Source: Candidatus Cloacimonadales bacterium (GTDB taxonomy: Bacteria > Cloacimonadota > Cloacimonadia > Cloacimonadales > JAFGVF01). Taken from it: a stretch of 64,000 nt of DNA. The notes below the pieces were generated by a model. It saw only the letters and a program-made list of their open reading frames with translations. It ran no database searches and was not told the DNA's origin. Below, in pieces: positions 7,840 through 17,834 of the stretch; position 1 is the stretch's first letter, and each line of letters begins with the position of its first letter. The DNA is taken from contig OY782781.1 of the NCBI GenBank assembly GCA_963678315.1, positions 1,600,001-1,664,000 of the forward strand, in the 5' to 3' direction. Made by a program: the position numbers and the translations under genes.

Positions 7840-9315
7840 ATGAAAAATACAAATATAAAAATTACAGTCTTTCTTGTTTTATTACTTTGCACATTAGATT
7901 TATATTCTTTCAATTTCTTCAAGGGTGGACTTAGGAATTATAGTTTAGCTGGAACAGGTGTAGCCTCAACTAATGATGTATCTGCTAGTGGCTACAATCC
8001 TTCTTTGCTTAATTTGAATAGAGATTTTTCCATACTAACAGACTCAAGAGTCTATTTCTATGATCTTGAGAATGATGATTTAAGCTTTAATTATTTTGCT
8101 TTAGGAGTACCTCTCGGACGTTATGGCTCTTTAGCTTTATCAGGGGATATTTTCAATGCTAATCTTTATGATGAAAATAGATATGGATTACATTGGGGAT
8201 ACTCATTAACAGATGATTTTGGTATAGGTACCAGCATCAATTATTACTCTATATCTTATGGAGGAAATGAGTATACCCAGAATGACCCATTCTTTGTTGA
8301 TAATAATACTGATAAGGCAGCTCTTGATCTAGATTTTGGATTATATTATAATCTTAGTCAGCAATGGAGACTAGGACTCTCATCGAAAAATATACTTCAA
8401 TCTGATCTAGCGATTGATAGTAGTAATGAAGAACAGTTAAATAGAGAAATCTTAATTGGTAATAATTATCAATATAGAAAATTTAATTTTATGCTTGATC
8501 TTGGTCTTATTCAGAATGCTGTAACAGAAGAAAACGAACTAAATTATGCTTTAGCTAGTGAATATAAATTATACGATAATCTTGCTATTAGAACTGGTAT
8601 TAACAATAATGATCTAACTTTTGGGTTTGGCTTTGAGATTATCGACAAAGAATATGTTTCTTCTTACAGATCTTCATATAACTCAAAAAAAATGATTGAG
8701 ACTAAAAGTGTTGTTTTCTCTGTAGATTATGCTTTCTCTTATCCTTTGTTGAGTGATCTTGCTATTCCATACGGAAATCACTTTGTAGGTTTAAGCTTTA
8801 AATTTGGTAACTCACAATCTAGTGAAGATGAACTTAAAAAACATGTTTCTCCTGTAGTGGAAGAGGCAATCGTTGAGATTCCTGTCAAAGCATCTTTAGA
8901 TAATTCTAAACCGCATGTCTTAGTTGATACAGTTTATGTAGATAAGATTATTAGAGATACTATTGTTGTAGTTGATACAATTGAGGTTATTACAGGAGTA
9001 CCTGAGAGTGAGTATCAGAAGAAAATTCAGGAGCTTAATGCTGCATACACTAAAATCAAAACTTATAAAACTAATAATCAAGCTCTGATACACATAACTA
9101 ATGCAACGAAATACTATTATAGCAGTGATTTTGAGAAGGCTATTGATGAGTGTAATAAAGCTATAAGGCTTGCTCCAGATATGGCACTTGCTTATATAAA
9201 ACTCGGTTCGATATATTATAGGCAAGGAAAAGCAGACTTAGCAATGAAGAATTGGAAAATTGCTAAAAGACTAGACCCTAAAAACCCTGAACTTGAAGGT
9301 CTTTTTGATGATTAA
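7840..9315 (+). CDS. PorV/PorP-SprF-like outer-membrane beta-barrel with C-terminal TPRs
   Basis: Signal peptide; GLRNYSLAGTGVASTNDVSASGYNPSLL resembles the PorV/FadL-type plug; amphipathic beta strands. C-terminal TPR pair DFEKAIDECNKAIRLAPDMALAYIKLGSIYY..WKIAKRLDPKN. Confidence 0.7.
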   Translation: MKNTNIKITVFLVLLLCTLDLYSFNFFKGGLRNYSLAGTGVASTNDVSASGYNPSLLNLNRDFSILTDSRVYFYDLENDDLSFNYFALGVPLGRYGSLALSGDIFNANLYDENRYGLHWGYSLTDDFGIGTSINYYSISYGGNEYTQNDPFFVDNNTDKAALDLDFGLYYNLSQQWRLGLSSKNILQSDLAIDSSNEEQLNREILIGNNYQYRKFNFMLDLGLIQNAVTEENELNYALASEYKLYDNLAIRTGINNNDLTFGFGFEIIDKEYVSSYRSSYNSKKMIETKSVVFSVDYAFSYPLLSDLAIPYGNHFVGLSFKFGNSQSSEDELKKHVSPVVEEAIVEIPVKASLDNSKPHVLVDTVYVDKIIRDTIVVVDTIEVITGVPESEYQKKIQELNAAYTKIKTYKTNNQALIHITNATKYYYSSDFEKAIDECNKAIRLAPDMALAYIKLGSIYYRQGKADLAMKNWKIAKRLDPKNPELEGLFDD

Positions 9316-9361
9316 TAGAGATGAAGTATTAGCTTTATCTACAATATAGTATTGGTAATAG

Positions 9362-9394
9362 AAAAAGGCAGATTAGCTAAGCTAATCTGCCTTT
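9362..9394. terminator. Bidirectional intrinsic terminator
   Basis: Perfect inverted repeat AAAGGCAGATTAGC-taa-GCTAATCTGCCTTT between convergent genes. Confidence 0.8.
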
Positions 9395-9451
9395 CATAAT
9401 GCGTAAATTATTAATACTATAAATCTATATGTTATTAATTCTTTTACTAGG

Positions 9452-9721
9452 TTAGTATCTGTTGCTTCTGAACTTTTGTTCACGAGGACGAGCTTCATTA
9501 ACTTTTAAGTTACGTCCACCAATTTCATTATCGTTTAGGTTTTTGATAGCTTCTTCGCCATCTTCTTTGTTAGCCATTTCTACGAAACCAAAACCTTTAG
9601 GTCTTCCAGTTTCTCTGTCTTCAATAATCTTGGCAGAAATAACTTCGCCAAACTCAGCAAATAAAGCTCTTAATTCATCTTCTGTCATTTTGTATGACAT
9701 GTTTCCAACGTAAATATTCAT
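9452..9721 (-). CDS. RRM-domain RNA-binding protein
   Basis: RNP2 IYVGNM, RNP1 KGFGFVEM, LKVNEARPR. Confidence 0.95.
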   Translation of the reverse strand: MNIYVGNMSYKMTEDELRALFAEFGEVISAKIIEDRETGRPKGFGFVEMANKEDGEEAIKNLNDNEIGGRNLKVNEARPREQKFRSNRY

Positions 9722-9811
9722 TTAATTTCCTCACTTCTTGACTTTTCATAAAGTCATCGAAGATACTTTTTAGGAAATCTAAAACATTGTCAATAAATAT
9801 AATATTTATTT

Positions 9812-10186
9812 TTAAATATTGGTGTTTAACGAAATATTAAGAGCTTCAATTAAATCTACTTTTGAGATTGGTTTCGTTAAGTAATGATCACAACCTGCAT
9901 CGTATGCTGCTCTTTTTTCTTCAGGGTAAGCATATGCTGTTAAGGCTATTATAGGTTTTTCGAAGCCAAAATCTCTTATCTTTCTTGTAGCACTTAGACC
10001 ATCCATTAAAGGCATCTTGATATCCATTAGTACAAGATCAATATTATTTCCTTCTTTAGTTATTTTTTTTACAGCAGCTTCCCCATTAACCTCATTAATT
10101 AAATTAAAGTCCTCTTTTAAATATGCTTTAACTAATATATAGTTATCTATTTGATCTTCTACTACTAATATTGTCTTTTTATGCAT
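9812..10186 (-). CDS. Single-domain response regulator (REC)
   Basis: Likely start 10186 (AAGGAG RBS); ILVVED, LVLMDIKMPLMDG, ALTA, KP. Confidence 0.92.
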   Translation of the reverse strand: MHKKTILVVEDQIDNYILVKAYLKEDFNLINEVNGEAAVKKITKEGNNIDLVLMDIKMPLMDGLSATRKIRDFGFEKPIIALTAYAYPEEKRAAYDAGCDHYLTKPISKVDLIEALNISLNTNI

Positions 10187-12929
10187 AAATATTTCTCCTT
10201 GTTCTGTGTTTGTTTGGAATTTTAAAGTAGAAAGTACTTCCAACATTTATTTCTGATTCTAACCAAATCTTACCGTTTAATTTTTCTAAGAGAGCTTTTG
10301 AAATAGAAAGCCCTAGTCCTGTTCCTTGCTTTATTGAGTCTATTTGATAGAACTTTTCAAAAATTTTATTGAAATGTTCTTTCTTAATTCCACAACCAGT
10401 ATCTCTTACAAAGAATGTTGTATGAGAAGTGTTTTTATCTATTATACCAAATGAAATTTCTCCGCACTCTGTGAATTTAAAGGCATTATTCAAAATGTTA
10501 ACAAAAACTTGTACTAATCTATATTTATCAGTTTGAATATTAAAGTTCTCAGGTAGATATTCTAACTTTATTCTTAAATTATCTCTTATCCTAGTTTTAT
10601 ATGTAGAATGAAGTTCTTCAAGAACTTGGCTGATGTCAAACTCTTGTAGATCTACTTCAATTATATCAGCTTCAATCCTAGAATAATCAATAATGTCACT
10701 AATCAACTTAAGCAGTATTTCATTATTTCTTTTAATTATTTCCGAGTAGGTTTTTAATTCTTCAGCAGAAAGAGAAGCATCAAACAAATCAGCAAAACCA
10801 ACAATAGCATTAAGTGGAGTTCTAATCTCATGACTCATATTTGTTAGAAAAGCTGTTTTAAGCCTATCACTTTGCTCAGCTCTATCTTTTGCAATTTCGA
10901 GTTCAGTCATATTTTTATTTAGTGTCTTATTTAATTGAATATATTCTTCATTCTTTTTTTCAAGTTCTTTCTTACTATTAACTATCCCTGTTACATCGCT
11001 AATAATACATATAACACCAATTATATTTCCATCAGAATCAATGTTGGGACTAAAAATCTCTTGAGAAATTCCCCATTGTTTCTTCTTTGGATTATAGAAT
11101 TCAACATTTTCATAAGTAATTCGATTACCTTTTAATGCCTCTTCTAGACCATGTCTAATCTTGTCATAAGTAGATTGGTCAAAGATCTCAGCAGTTGTCT
11201 TGCCTAGAACTTCAGATTCAGATAAACCTGTAAAAGTTTCCATAAACTTGTTCCATAGTAGGTATCTAAGTTTGGTATCATAAACAATAATCCCCTGAGA
11301 TGCGTTTGTTAGAATACTCTTGTTCAATTCAAGTGCATTTTTCATCTTATTGAGATAAAGTTTCCTCTCTTCTTCTGCTTTTATTCTCTTGGATATATCG
11401 TGAATGATAGAATATAGGTATTCTTTACTTCTAATGTAAATCTTTCCACTATATACTTCTACATCTCTAATCTCACCATTAGATTTTTTATGTTTGAAAT
11501 GAAAAATGTTTTTATCATTATTTAAGGCTTTATTGACATCATTTCTCACATTTTTTAAAGCATTTGTGTTCAAATCACAAATCTTAAGCTTTAGCATTTC
11601 ATCATGGGAGTATTGGTAATAATTACAGGCTGCATCATTAGCATCAATAATATCTGTTGTTATTGGGTCAATTATCAACATGATTGAGTATGATTTTTGG
11701 AACATACTTTGATAACGAATTTTACTTTCGCGTAACTCTTTTTCCATCATAAACTCGGTTGTAATATCCTTAAAAGTACAATAAGTTTGTCGCATAATTC
11801 CATCAGCACGATAACCAATACAACCTTCGAAGGAAACGTAAATTTTTGATTTGTCTTTTCTTACCATTCTAAATCTAACATCATGAATATAACCCTGTGC
11901 CTTAAAGACAGGGAAGTTCTTTTTGAAATGTGCAACATAGTCATTATCTAAGAAGTCTGAAAAATTTCTGCCTATAACTTCAGACTTTGTATATCCTAGT
12001 GTAATTAACCACATAGGGTTTACATCAATAATATTACCATCGGGGTTCAATGATTGATAGGCTAAAGGAGCATTCTCATACATTGCTCGATACTTATTTA
12101 CTTTTTCTGAAAGAAGATCTAGTTTTGTATTATATAATGTAGTGTTGTTTGCAAAAATCAAGATATGATTATAGGGTGTTAGTAAACCTGTTGTTTTAAA
12201 GTAAATTGTTCTTTTTTTAGAAGTTATGAGTTTGATATCTTTTTGAAATTTTCTTTTCATAGTAACCTGATGAATGAAGTCTAAAAATTCTGTATTCTCT
12301 TCTCGAACAAAGTTAACAATATGTTTTCCAATAATAACTTCTTTCTTTGATTGAAGAGCAATTACAGCCTGCCTATTCAGATCTACAACATTTAAATCGC
12401 TATCTAATTCAAAAAATAATTCATAATTGTTCATTAAAAAAGTATACTGTGAGCCAATAACAGAATATCCTAGTAAAGAAGCCAAAGTATCATTAATCAA
12501 TCCTAAAGTAGAAATGAAATGGCTTATGGATTCTAATACAATATCACTATTGAAATATAAGCAACCAATTGCTATATTATTAAAAGAAATAGGATAAGAA
12601 TAATTAAAATCTTCCATTAAAATTTTACTTATATCTTTTAATTCCAAGTTGTTCTTTACAATTAGGATATTTTTTCTATTATCAATAACTTCAAAGAATT
12701 CATATTTATCAATTGAATCAAAGTTTTTTCTCATTAACTCATTTGAAAATATCAACTTTTTTTGGTCTGCGAGAATGAACTCAGCATTATTAATAAAACT
12801 CAAACTTATGAATTTACTATGAATATTATCTATAAAAGATTTTTCAGGCTTTTTGGTAATAAGCAATTTATTGATATATAACGATAGGTTAAATAATTCA
12901 TCCTTTATTTCAATATTTTTATTTTTCAA
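10179..12929 (-). CDS. Cytoplasmic multi-PAS sensor histidine kinase
   Basis: Several PAS repeats; H-box FLTNMSHEIRTPLN, N-box NILNNAFKFT, G1 DTGCGI, G2 GTGLGLSI; TTG start with GGAG RBS. Confidence 0.92.
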   Translation of the reverse strand: MKNKNIEIKDELFNLSLYINKLLITKKPEKSFIDNIHSKFISLSFINNAEFILADQKKLIFSNELMRKNFDSIDKYEFFEVIDNRKNILIVKNNLELKDISKILMEDFNYSYPISFNNIAIGCLYFNSDIVLESISHFISTLGLINDTLASLLGYSVIGSQYTFLMNNYELFFELDSDLNVVDLNRQAVIALQSKKEVIIGKHIVNFVREENTEFLDFIHQVTMKRKFQKDIKLITSKKRTIYFKTTGLLTPYNHILIFANNTTLYNTKLDLLSEKVNKYRAMYENAPLAYQSLNPDGNIIDVNPMWLITLGYTKSEVIGRNFSDFLDNDYVAHFKKNFPVFKAQGYIHDVRFRMVRKDKSKIYVSFEGCIGYRADGIMRQTYCTFKDITTEFMMEKELRESKIRYQSMFQKSYSIMLIIDPITTDIIDANDAACNYYQYSHDEMLKLKICDLNTNALKNVRNDVNKALNNDKNIFHFKHKKSNGEIRDVEVYSGKIYIRSKEYLYSIIHDISKRIKAEEERKLYLNKMKNALELNKSILTNASQGIIVYDTKLRYLLWNKFMETFTGLSESEVLGKTTAEIFDQSTYDKIRHGLEEALKGNRITYENVEFYNPKKKQWGISQEIFSPNIDSDGNIIGVICIISDVTGIVNSKKELEKKNEEYIQLNKTLNKNMTELEIAKDRAEQSDRLKTAFLTNMSHEIRTPLNAIVGFADLFDASLSAEELKTYSEIIKRNNEILLKLISDIIDYSRIEADIIEVDLQEFDISQVLEELHSTYKTRIRDNLRIKLEYLPENFNIQTDKYRLVQVFVNILNNAFKFTECGEISFGIIDKNTSHTTFFVRDTGCGIKKEHFNKIFEKFYQIDSIKQGTGLGLSISKALLEKLNGKIWLESEINVGSTFYFKIPNKHRTRRNIYA

Positions 12930-12943
12930 AATAACTCCCTTAA

Positions 12944-15900
12944 TTAAATACTCTCAAAAATATCGAGTAGAACTTTTTTTAATTTATCAGAACTTATAGG
13001 TTTTGAGAGAAAGCCCTTCATTCCTATATCTAAACATTTTTCTCTTGTTTTTGTTGAAACATTTGCTGTTAATGATATTATTACTGGCACTTTCTCAGTC
13101 AATTTTTGAAAAATTACCTTAGATGTTGTGATTCCATCCATTTCAGGCATTTGTAAATCCATGAAGATTAAATCAGGCACGTTTTTAAGCGCACTTTTTA
13201 ACGCATCTATTCCATTTACTGCATGAAATAATTCTACATTTGGTAGAAATTTTTTAAGCATAATAGTAATAAGTTTTGAATTGATTTTATTGTCTTCTGC
13301 AATAAGAATCTTTCCTGTTTTAGAACTTATTGCATCTATTTTATTTCTTTTTTTAAGCTTATTATTAATTGAAGAAGATTTAGATTTACTATCAATCTCT
13401 TTCAAGATGTTATAAATCATTTTTGGTAAAACAGGTTTTGATATAGTATAATTTATATTCTCATCAATGCACAGTTTAGAGACAAATGCTTCGTGCTCTA
13501 AATTGTAGAATATTACAAACGGAATTGACAAACTGTTCTCTGAAAAATATCTGTTTATTCTTTTAACAGTTCTAATATTATCATATTTACTAGCAGAAAA
13601 ATTAGCTATTATCAAACTGATATCATGCTTATTTATAATCTCGATTGCCTCTACATAGCTATCACATGTTATTATTCTTAAACCAAAGTATTCAGTGTAT
13701 CTTTTTGTTATAGCAATAGTCTCAGGAGTTTGATCTATCATTAAAATATTGTTTATGTTCTTGAACTTATAAGGGAATAGATCTTTATCAAAAATATGAT
13801 TACACTTTATTGTGAACTCAAATGTCGTTAATTTATCTGGTATACTATCAAAAGTTATTTTACCACCCATTTTAGTCACTATATCGTTTGAAATTACTAA
13901 ACCAAGCCCTGTTCCACCAAATTTTCTGGTTATAGTTGAATCTGCTTGTGTAAAAGCTTGGAACAACCTACTTGTTTGCTCTTTAGAAATCCCTATTCCA
14001 GTGTCGATAACCTGAACTGTTAGATTCCCTGATCTGTTATCAATATATTCAAATAGTAGTTTTAATACAACCTGTCCTTTTGCAGTGAATTTTACAGCAT
14101 TAGACAAAAGATTTGTTAGAACCTGCTTTAATCTTACAGAATCTACAAATAGATAACGAGGTAGTTTTGTATCATAATCCACAACGAATTCTAATAATTT
14201 TGAGGATGATGCGATTTTTATAATATCTACAGTCTCATCAACAAGATCAAAAATGTCTGTCTTTTCAATATTTAAATCAAATTTACCAGATTCAATTTTA
14301 GAGAAATCTAGAATATCGTTGATGATGGATAATAAAGATTTAGCAGACTTGAGCGAGTATTCTATATAGCTTTTTTGCGTATCATCAATTTTAGTATGTG
14401 CAAGAAGTTCTGTGAACCCAATTACTCCGTTTAATGGCGTTCTTATTTCATGACTCATACTGGCAAGAAATTCAGATTTTGCTTTGGTAGCCTCTAGTGA
14501 ATCTTTGGCAAACTGTCGAGCTTTGATTGTTTTTTCTTCCAGCTGAGTGTTAAGCAAATTTAATTTATTAATTGCTTCGATTCTTGCTAAAACATTTGCA
14601 TAAATCTGTCCAAAGAAATCAAGAATTTCAATTTCTGATTTGTTAAAAAGATGGTGTGAAGAAACAAAATCTATACCTACAAATCCCTTACACTGATTGT
14701 TTACGAAAAAGGGTATAGTGCATAAACTCTTAATTTCTTGTGCAACAAGAATATCATGCATCTCACCTTCTGTTTGTGTGTCAACATTGTTATAAATTAT
14801 TGGATTCCCATTTATATGAGTTGAAAACCAATTAGGGATTTCGTCTAAATTAAATTCTTGTATCTCATTAATCTGGGGTTTAATCCCAATATTACACCAT
14901 TCATAAGTATATGTAGTAGTGTTCTTTTCTAAATCATATTCGAAGATATAGGAACGGTCACATTCAAAAAATTCTCCAATATCCTTAAGAACCTTATCAA
15001 AAGCAGGCTTTACTTGGCTAACATCAATATTGATCAGATTTGTAGAAAAATCTCTTAGAATGTTCTGGATTTTTAAGTAGTAGTTAAGCTTATTTTTGGT
15101 GAAATTCAACTGAGTAATATCTGTCATCGTAGTAATGAAATATTTTTCCCCATCAAATTCAATTACATCACCTGAAAATAAACCATCTAGCCTTTCTCCA
15201 GTTTTGGTCATTATACATATTTCTAGCCCCTCTATATGCTTTTGTTTCCTGACTGAATCGAATAATAGTTTTTGACTTTCGATTGTAGGCATGATATGCA
15301 GTTCAAGGGGAGTTTTTCCAATTACTTCTTCTTTTGTAAAACCAATTTTTTTGGTAAAGTGCTTGTTAACATCAGTGAAAACAAAATCTTCAGCTCTACT
15401 AATAGTAATTGAGTTAGGACTGTTATTAAAAATAATATCCATTTTTTCAGTTAAAGTTTTTTGCTGTTGTGTAGAAACAAGGATTTCTGTTATATTTTTG
15501 GCTGAGGCATAAATTAAATTTCCAAAGAGATGAAAGGTCCATTCTAAAGTAAGGTATTCACCACTAATATTTTTTATTCTATTAGTGAATTTTTCAATTG
15601 TTTTTTCTTGAACTAAACTTTTAATGACAGCTCTTGTCTTTTCCAAATCATCGGGGTGTACTAGGTTTATTAAGCTTCCATGATATTTTTTTTCTTGGTT
15701 AATACCAATTAATTCAGAAAATTCATGGTTCATTTGTATTATATAACCTCTGATATCCATAATGGTTAAAAGAGAGAGACCAACTTCATAAAACTTCTCT
15801 AAAATAACTTGTTTCTTGAAATCATTGTTACTTTCTAAGAATATAGCAACGAAATAGTTAGGCTTTGGAGAATAAGCAATTACATGAAACTCTTTTTGGA

Positions 15901-16180
15901 TATGTTCTGAAAACTGGATAAAATTAGCACTTTTACCCTCCAAAGTAATTTGCCCATAAAAATCTATCCAATCAAAGGCATCATCAACAATTGTAGGAAA
16001 TATATGTGTTATTCTTTTGTTAATAATATTTGAAGCTCTTAAACCTGTTAACTCCTCAAACATTTTATTAACATCAATAAAAATATAGTCTATTGCTTGG
16101 CCAGTATCATCTAAAACAATTTTGTGTAAGCCATATCCAAATGGGGCATCAACGAATAAATCCTTTGTGCTAGTTATCAT
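12944..16180 (-). CDS. Hybrid sensor histidine kinase (PAS-PAS-PAS-GAF-HisKA-HATPase-degenerate REC-REC)
   Basis: SMSHEIRTPLNG, NLLSNAVKFT, FGGTGLGL; C-terminal REC ILIAED..IFMDLQMPEMDG..KP. Confidence 0.93.
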   Translation of the reverse strand: MITSTKDLFVDAPFGYGLHKIVLDDTGQAIDYIFIDVNKMFEELTGLRASNIINKRITHIFPTIVDDAFDWIDFYGQITLEGKSANFIQFSEHIQKEFHVIAYSPKPNYFVAIFLESNNDFKKQVILEKFYEVGLSLLTIMDIRGYIIQMNHEFSELIGINQEKKYHGSLINLVHPDDLEKTRAVIKSLVQEKTIEKFTNRIKNISGEYLTLEWTFHLFGNLIYASAKNITEILVSTQQQKTLTEKMDIIFNNSPNSITISRAEDFVFTDVNKHFTKKIGFTKEEVIGKTPLELHIMPTIESQKLLFDSVRKQKHIEGLEICIMTKTGERLDGLFSGDVIEFDGEKYFITTMTDITQLNFTKNKLNYYLKIQNILRDFSTNLINIDVSQVKPAFDKVLKDIGEFFECDRSYIFEYDLEKNTTTYTYEWCNIGIKPQINEIQEFNLDEIPNWFSTHINGNPIIYNNVDTQTEGEMHDILVAQEIKSLCTIPFFVNNQCKGFVGIDFVSSHHLFNKSEIEILDFFGQIYANVLARIEAINKLNLLNTQLEEKTIKARQFAKDSLEATKAKSEFLASMSHEIRTPLNGVIGFTELLAHTKIDDTQKSYIEYSLKSAKSLLSIINDILDFSKIESGKFDLNIEKTDIFDLVDETVDIIKIASSSKLLEFVVDYDTKLPRYLFVDSVRLKQVLTNLLSNAVKFTAKGQVVLKLLFEYIDNRSGNLTVQVIDTGIGISKEQTSRLFQAFTQADSTITRKFGGTGLGLVISNDIVTKMGGKITFDSIPDKLTTFEFTIKCNHIFDKDLFPYKFKNINNILMIDQTPETIAITKRYTEYFGLRIITCDSYVEAIEIINKHDISLIIANFSASKYDNIRTVKRINRYFSENSLSIPFVIFYNLEHEAFVSKLCIDENINYTISKPVLPKMIYNILKEIDSKSKSSSINNKLKKRNKIDAISSKTGKILIAEDNKINSKLITIMLKKFLPNVELFHAVNGIDALKSALKNVPDLIFMDLQMPEMDGITTSKVIFQKLTEKVPVIISLTANVSTKTREKCLDIGMKGFLSKPISSDKLKKVLLDIFESI

Positions 16181-16199
16181 ATATTTCTCCCATGGTTAT

Positions 16200-16227
16200 A
16201 TTATAAGGATGATTTAAATATAGTCAA
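16200..16227 (-). promoter_or_regulatory. Putative sigma70 promoter of the kinase operon
   Basis: Minus strand TTGACT-N16-TATAAT just upstream of the GGGAGA RBS. Confidence 0.6.
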
Positions 16228-16342
16228 TTAAAAAAGTACTATTTTAGTATTTTTTTTCAATAGCAGTTATGCAAGCAAAACTCTCAGTTTCTGCTTTCTA
16301 GCCCCTGTAGGTTGACAGTCCAGTTTATTAGCTTTTTTACTT

Positions 16343-16406
16343 GACCCTTACTTGCCACCTTGAAAAAAAACCGATTTTTCAAGGAGACCAGTAAGGATGG
16401 AGTTAG
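16343..16406 (+). repeat. Palindromic intergenic repeat family A, copy 1
   Basis: GACCCTTACTTGCCACCTTGAAAAAAAACCGATTTTTCAAGGAGACCAGTAAGG; near-identical to copies at 29649, 37772 and 50848. Confidence 0.9.
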
Positions 16407-16480
16407 TGACCAAGGAGTTAGTGACTGGGATCGCCAGCCTCCGAGCTAGCTTCACTTAGAACATAGTGATAAGTGAATTT

Positions 16481-16506
16481 GTAGAGACGTTTGGAAAAAC
16501 GTCTCT
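16481..16506 (+). repeat. GTAG-type REP-like hairpin (family B), copy 1
   Basis: GTAGAGACGTTT-ggaa-AAACGTCTCT; related copy on the minus strand at 29621-29644. Confidence 0.7.
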
Positions 16507-16971
16507 CTTGAATTGTCCTGAAAGGACATATCACCACAGAGCCCATGATTTCAATCGAGGGAGATGTGATAAATGAGAAATAAATAATTAATAATGAAAA
16601 ATAAACTTGCCTACCATCTAAATGCATTGTGGCAAAAATGATTTAATTAGAGTAATTAGTGCCATTTGTGGCTGATTTCTTATTTGCTATTTAGTCCCAA
16701 CGGGACGATATAGGTTTTTAGTCCATCTCAGAATGTTCCTCAATCGAGAATGATGGATAGGGAAGTCTATTTTTATTTCTTGACACTTTTAAAGAGATAA
16801 GGCTAAGTTGTATTATAAATACAGATGTTGATAAACATTCATTACAAAGTTATTCAAATAAATAACCAAAAAAGATACAAAACATAATGAGCAAATAAAG
16901 TAAAAAATTGAAAATATCATTATTTTTAAACAACATGTTTTATTTGATATGTTACTTAAACAGGAGAATAT

Positions 16972-17796
16972 ATGTTTAAAAAAGTAGGTCGCTTAACGCC
17001 TGAAGATATGAAAGAAATGCGCTTAAAAGTAGAGGGCATATTTGAGCAAATTGAAAAAGAAAAAATAACATCAGCAGTAAGAAGAATCAATCTTATTGCC
17101 AATACAGCTAATTATTTTGTTCGTGAAGAAATGGGGAAGATGTTAGCAGAATGTGAAAATAAGCAGGCAATGGATGATATATGTTTAAAAATGATGAAAC
17201 ATAAACTTTATGGTATTCGAGCAACAGGTCTATTCTATTTCTATTATAAGGATAAATCCCACCCACATGAAGTTATTGAGGTTTTGGACAAGTATTATGA
17301 CAAAGTTCCTTGGGAAGCAGAAAGTATCGCCTATAATATGTGGAAGAAGCATTCACATATAATGAAAAAATACATGCCTGAATGGCAAAAAGATAAAGAT
17401 GAGTTCAAGCGTTCTTTATCATTACATGGAATGGAAAATATAGCTAACAATGAACCCAAATTCATCATGAAATTTATTGGTGATATGATTGATGATGAAT
17501 CAATTGAAGTGCAAAAGAAAATTACCCACATTTTAACTCAGGTAGGAAGACAGAAGCCTTCAAAATGTTATCCCGTAATCAAGCAATGGTTGTATAAGGC
17601 TGATGATAGAAGAATAAAAACTATTTGGGTAACAATGAAGAAATTAGCAAACATAATTACTCAAAAGAGTAATAGAGACAAATCGAGTGACTTTGTGAAA
17701 GCTACAGAAAGAACAGTGAAAGAGTGGAAGAAAGATTCAAACAATAATGTTTCTTCAATGGGCAATAAACTTGCTTATATTTTAAAAATAAAATAA
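16972..17796 (+). CDS. HEAT/ARM-repeat protein, AlkD-like DNA alkylation repair family (tentative)
   Basis: All-helical; WQKDKDEFKR, MIDDESIEVQK..HILTQVGRQKP..IKQWL resemble HEAT-like repeats. Confidence 0.5.
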   Translation: MFKKVGRLTPEDMKEMRLKVEGIFEQIEKEKITSAVRRINLIANTANYFVREEMGKMLAECENKQAMDDICLKMMKHKLYGIRATGLFYFYYKDKSHPHEVIEVLDKYYDKVPWEAESIAYNMWKKHSHIMKKYMPEWQKDKDEFKRSLSLHGMENIANNEPKFIMKFIGDMIDDESIEVQKKITHILTQVGRQKPSKCYPVIKQWLYKADDRRIKTIWVTMKKLANIITQKSNRDKSSDFVKATERTVKEWKKDSNNNVSSMGNKLAYILKIK

Positions 17797-17834
17797 CCAA
17801 TAATCTATATAACATACGAAAAGAGGACTTAAAG

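Noticed and set aside
16343..16406. Family A palindrome as an ordinary rho-independent terminator or autonomous IS
   Set aside because: No U tract follows the stem, copy 1 lies between divergent genes, and no transposase or clear target duplication is visible.
16418..16627. 69-aa ORF in the repeat mosaic (also ORFs 50237-50518 and 50781-50969)
   Set aside because: They run through hairpin repeats or terminators, lack an RBS and show no protein-like motifs.
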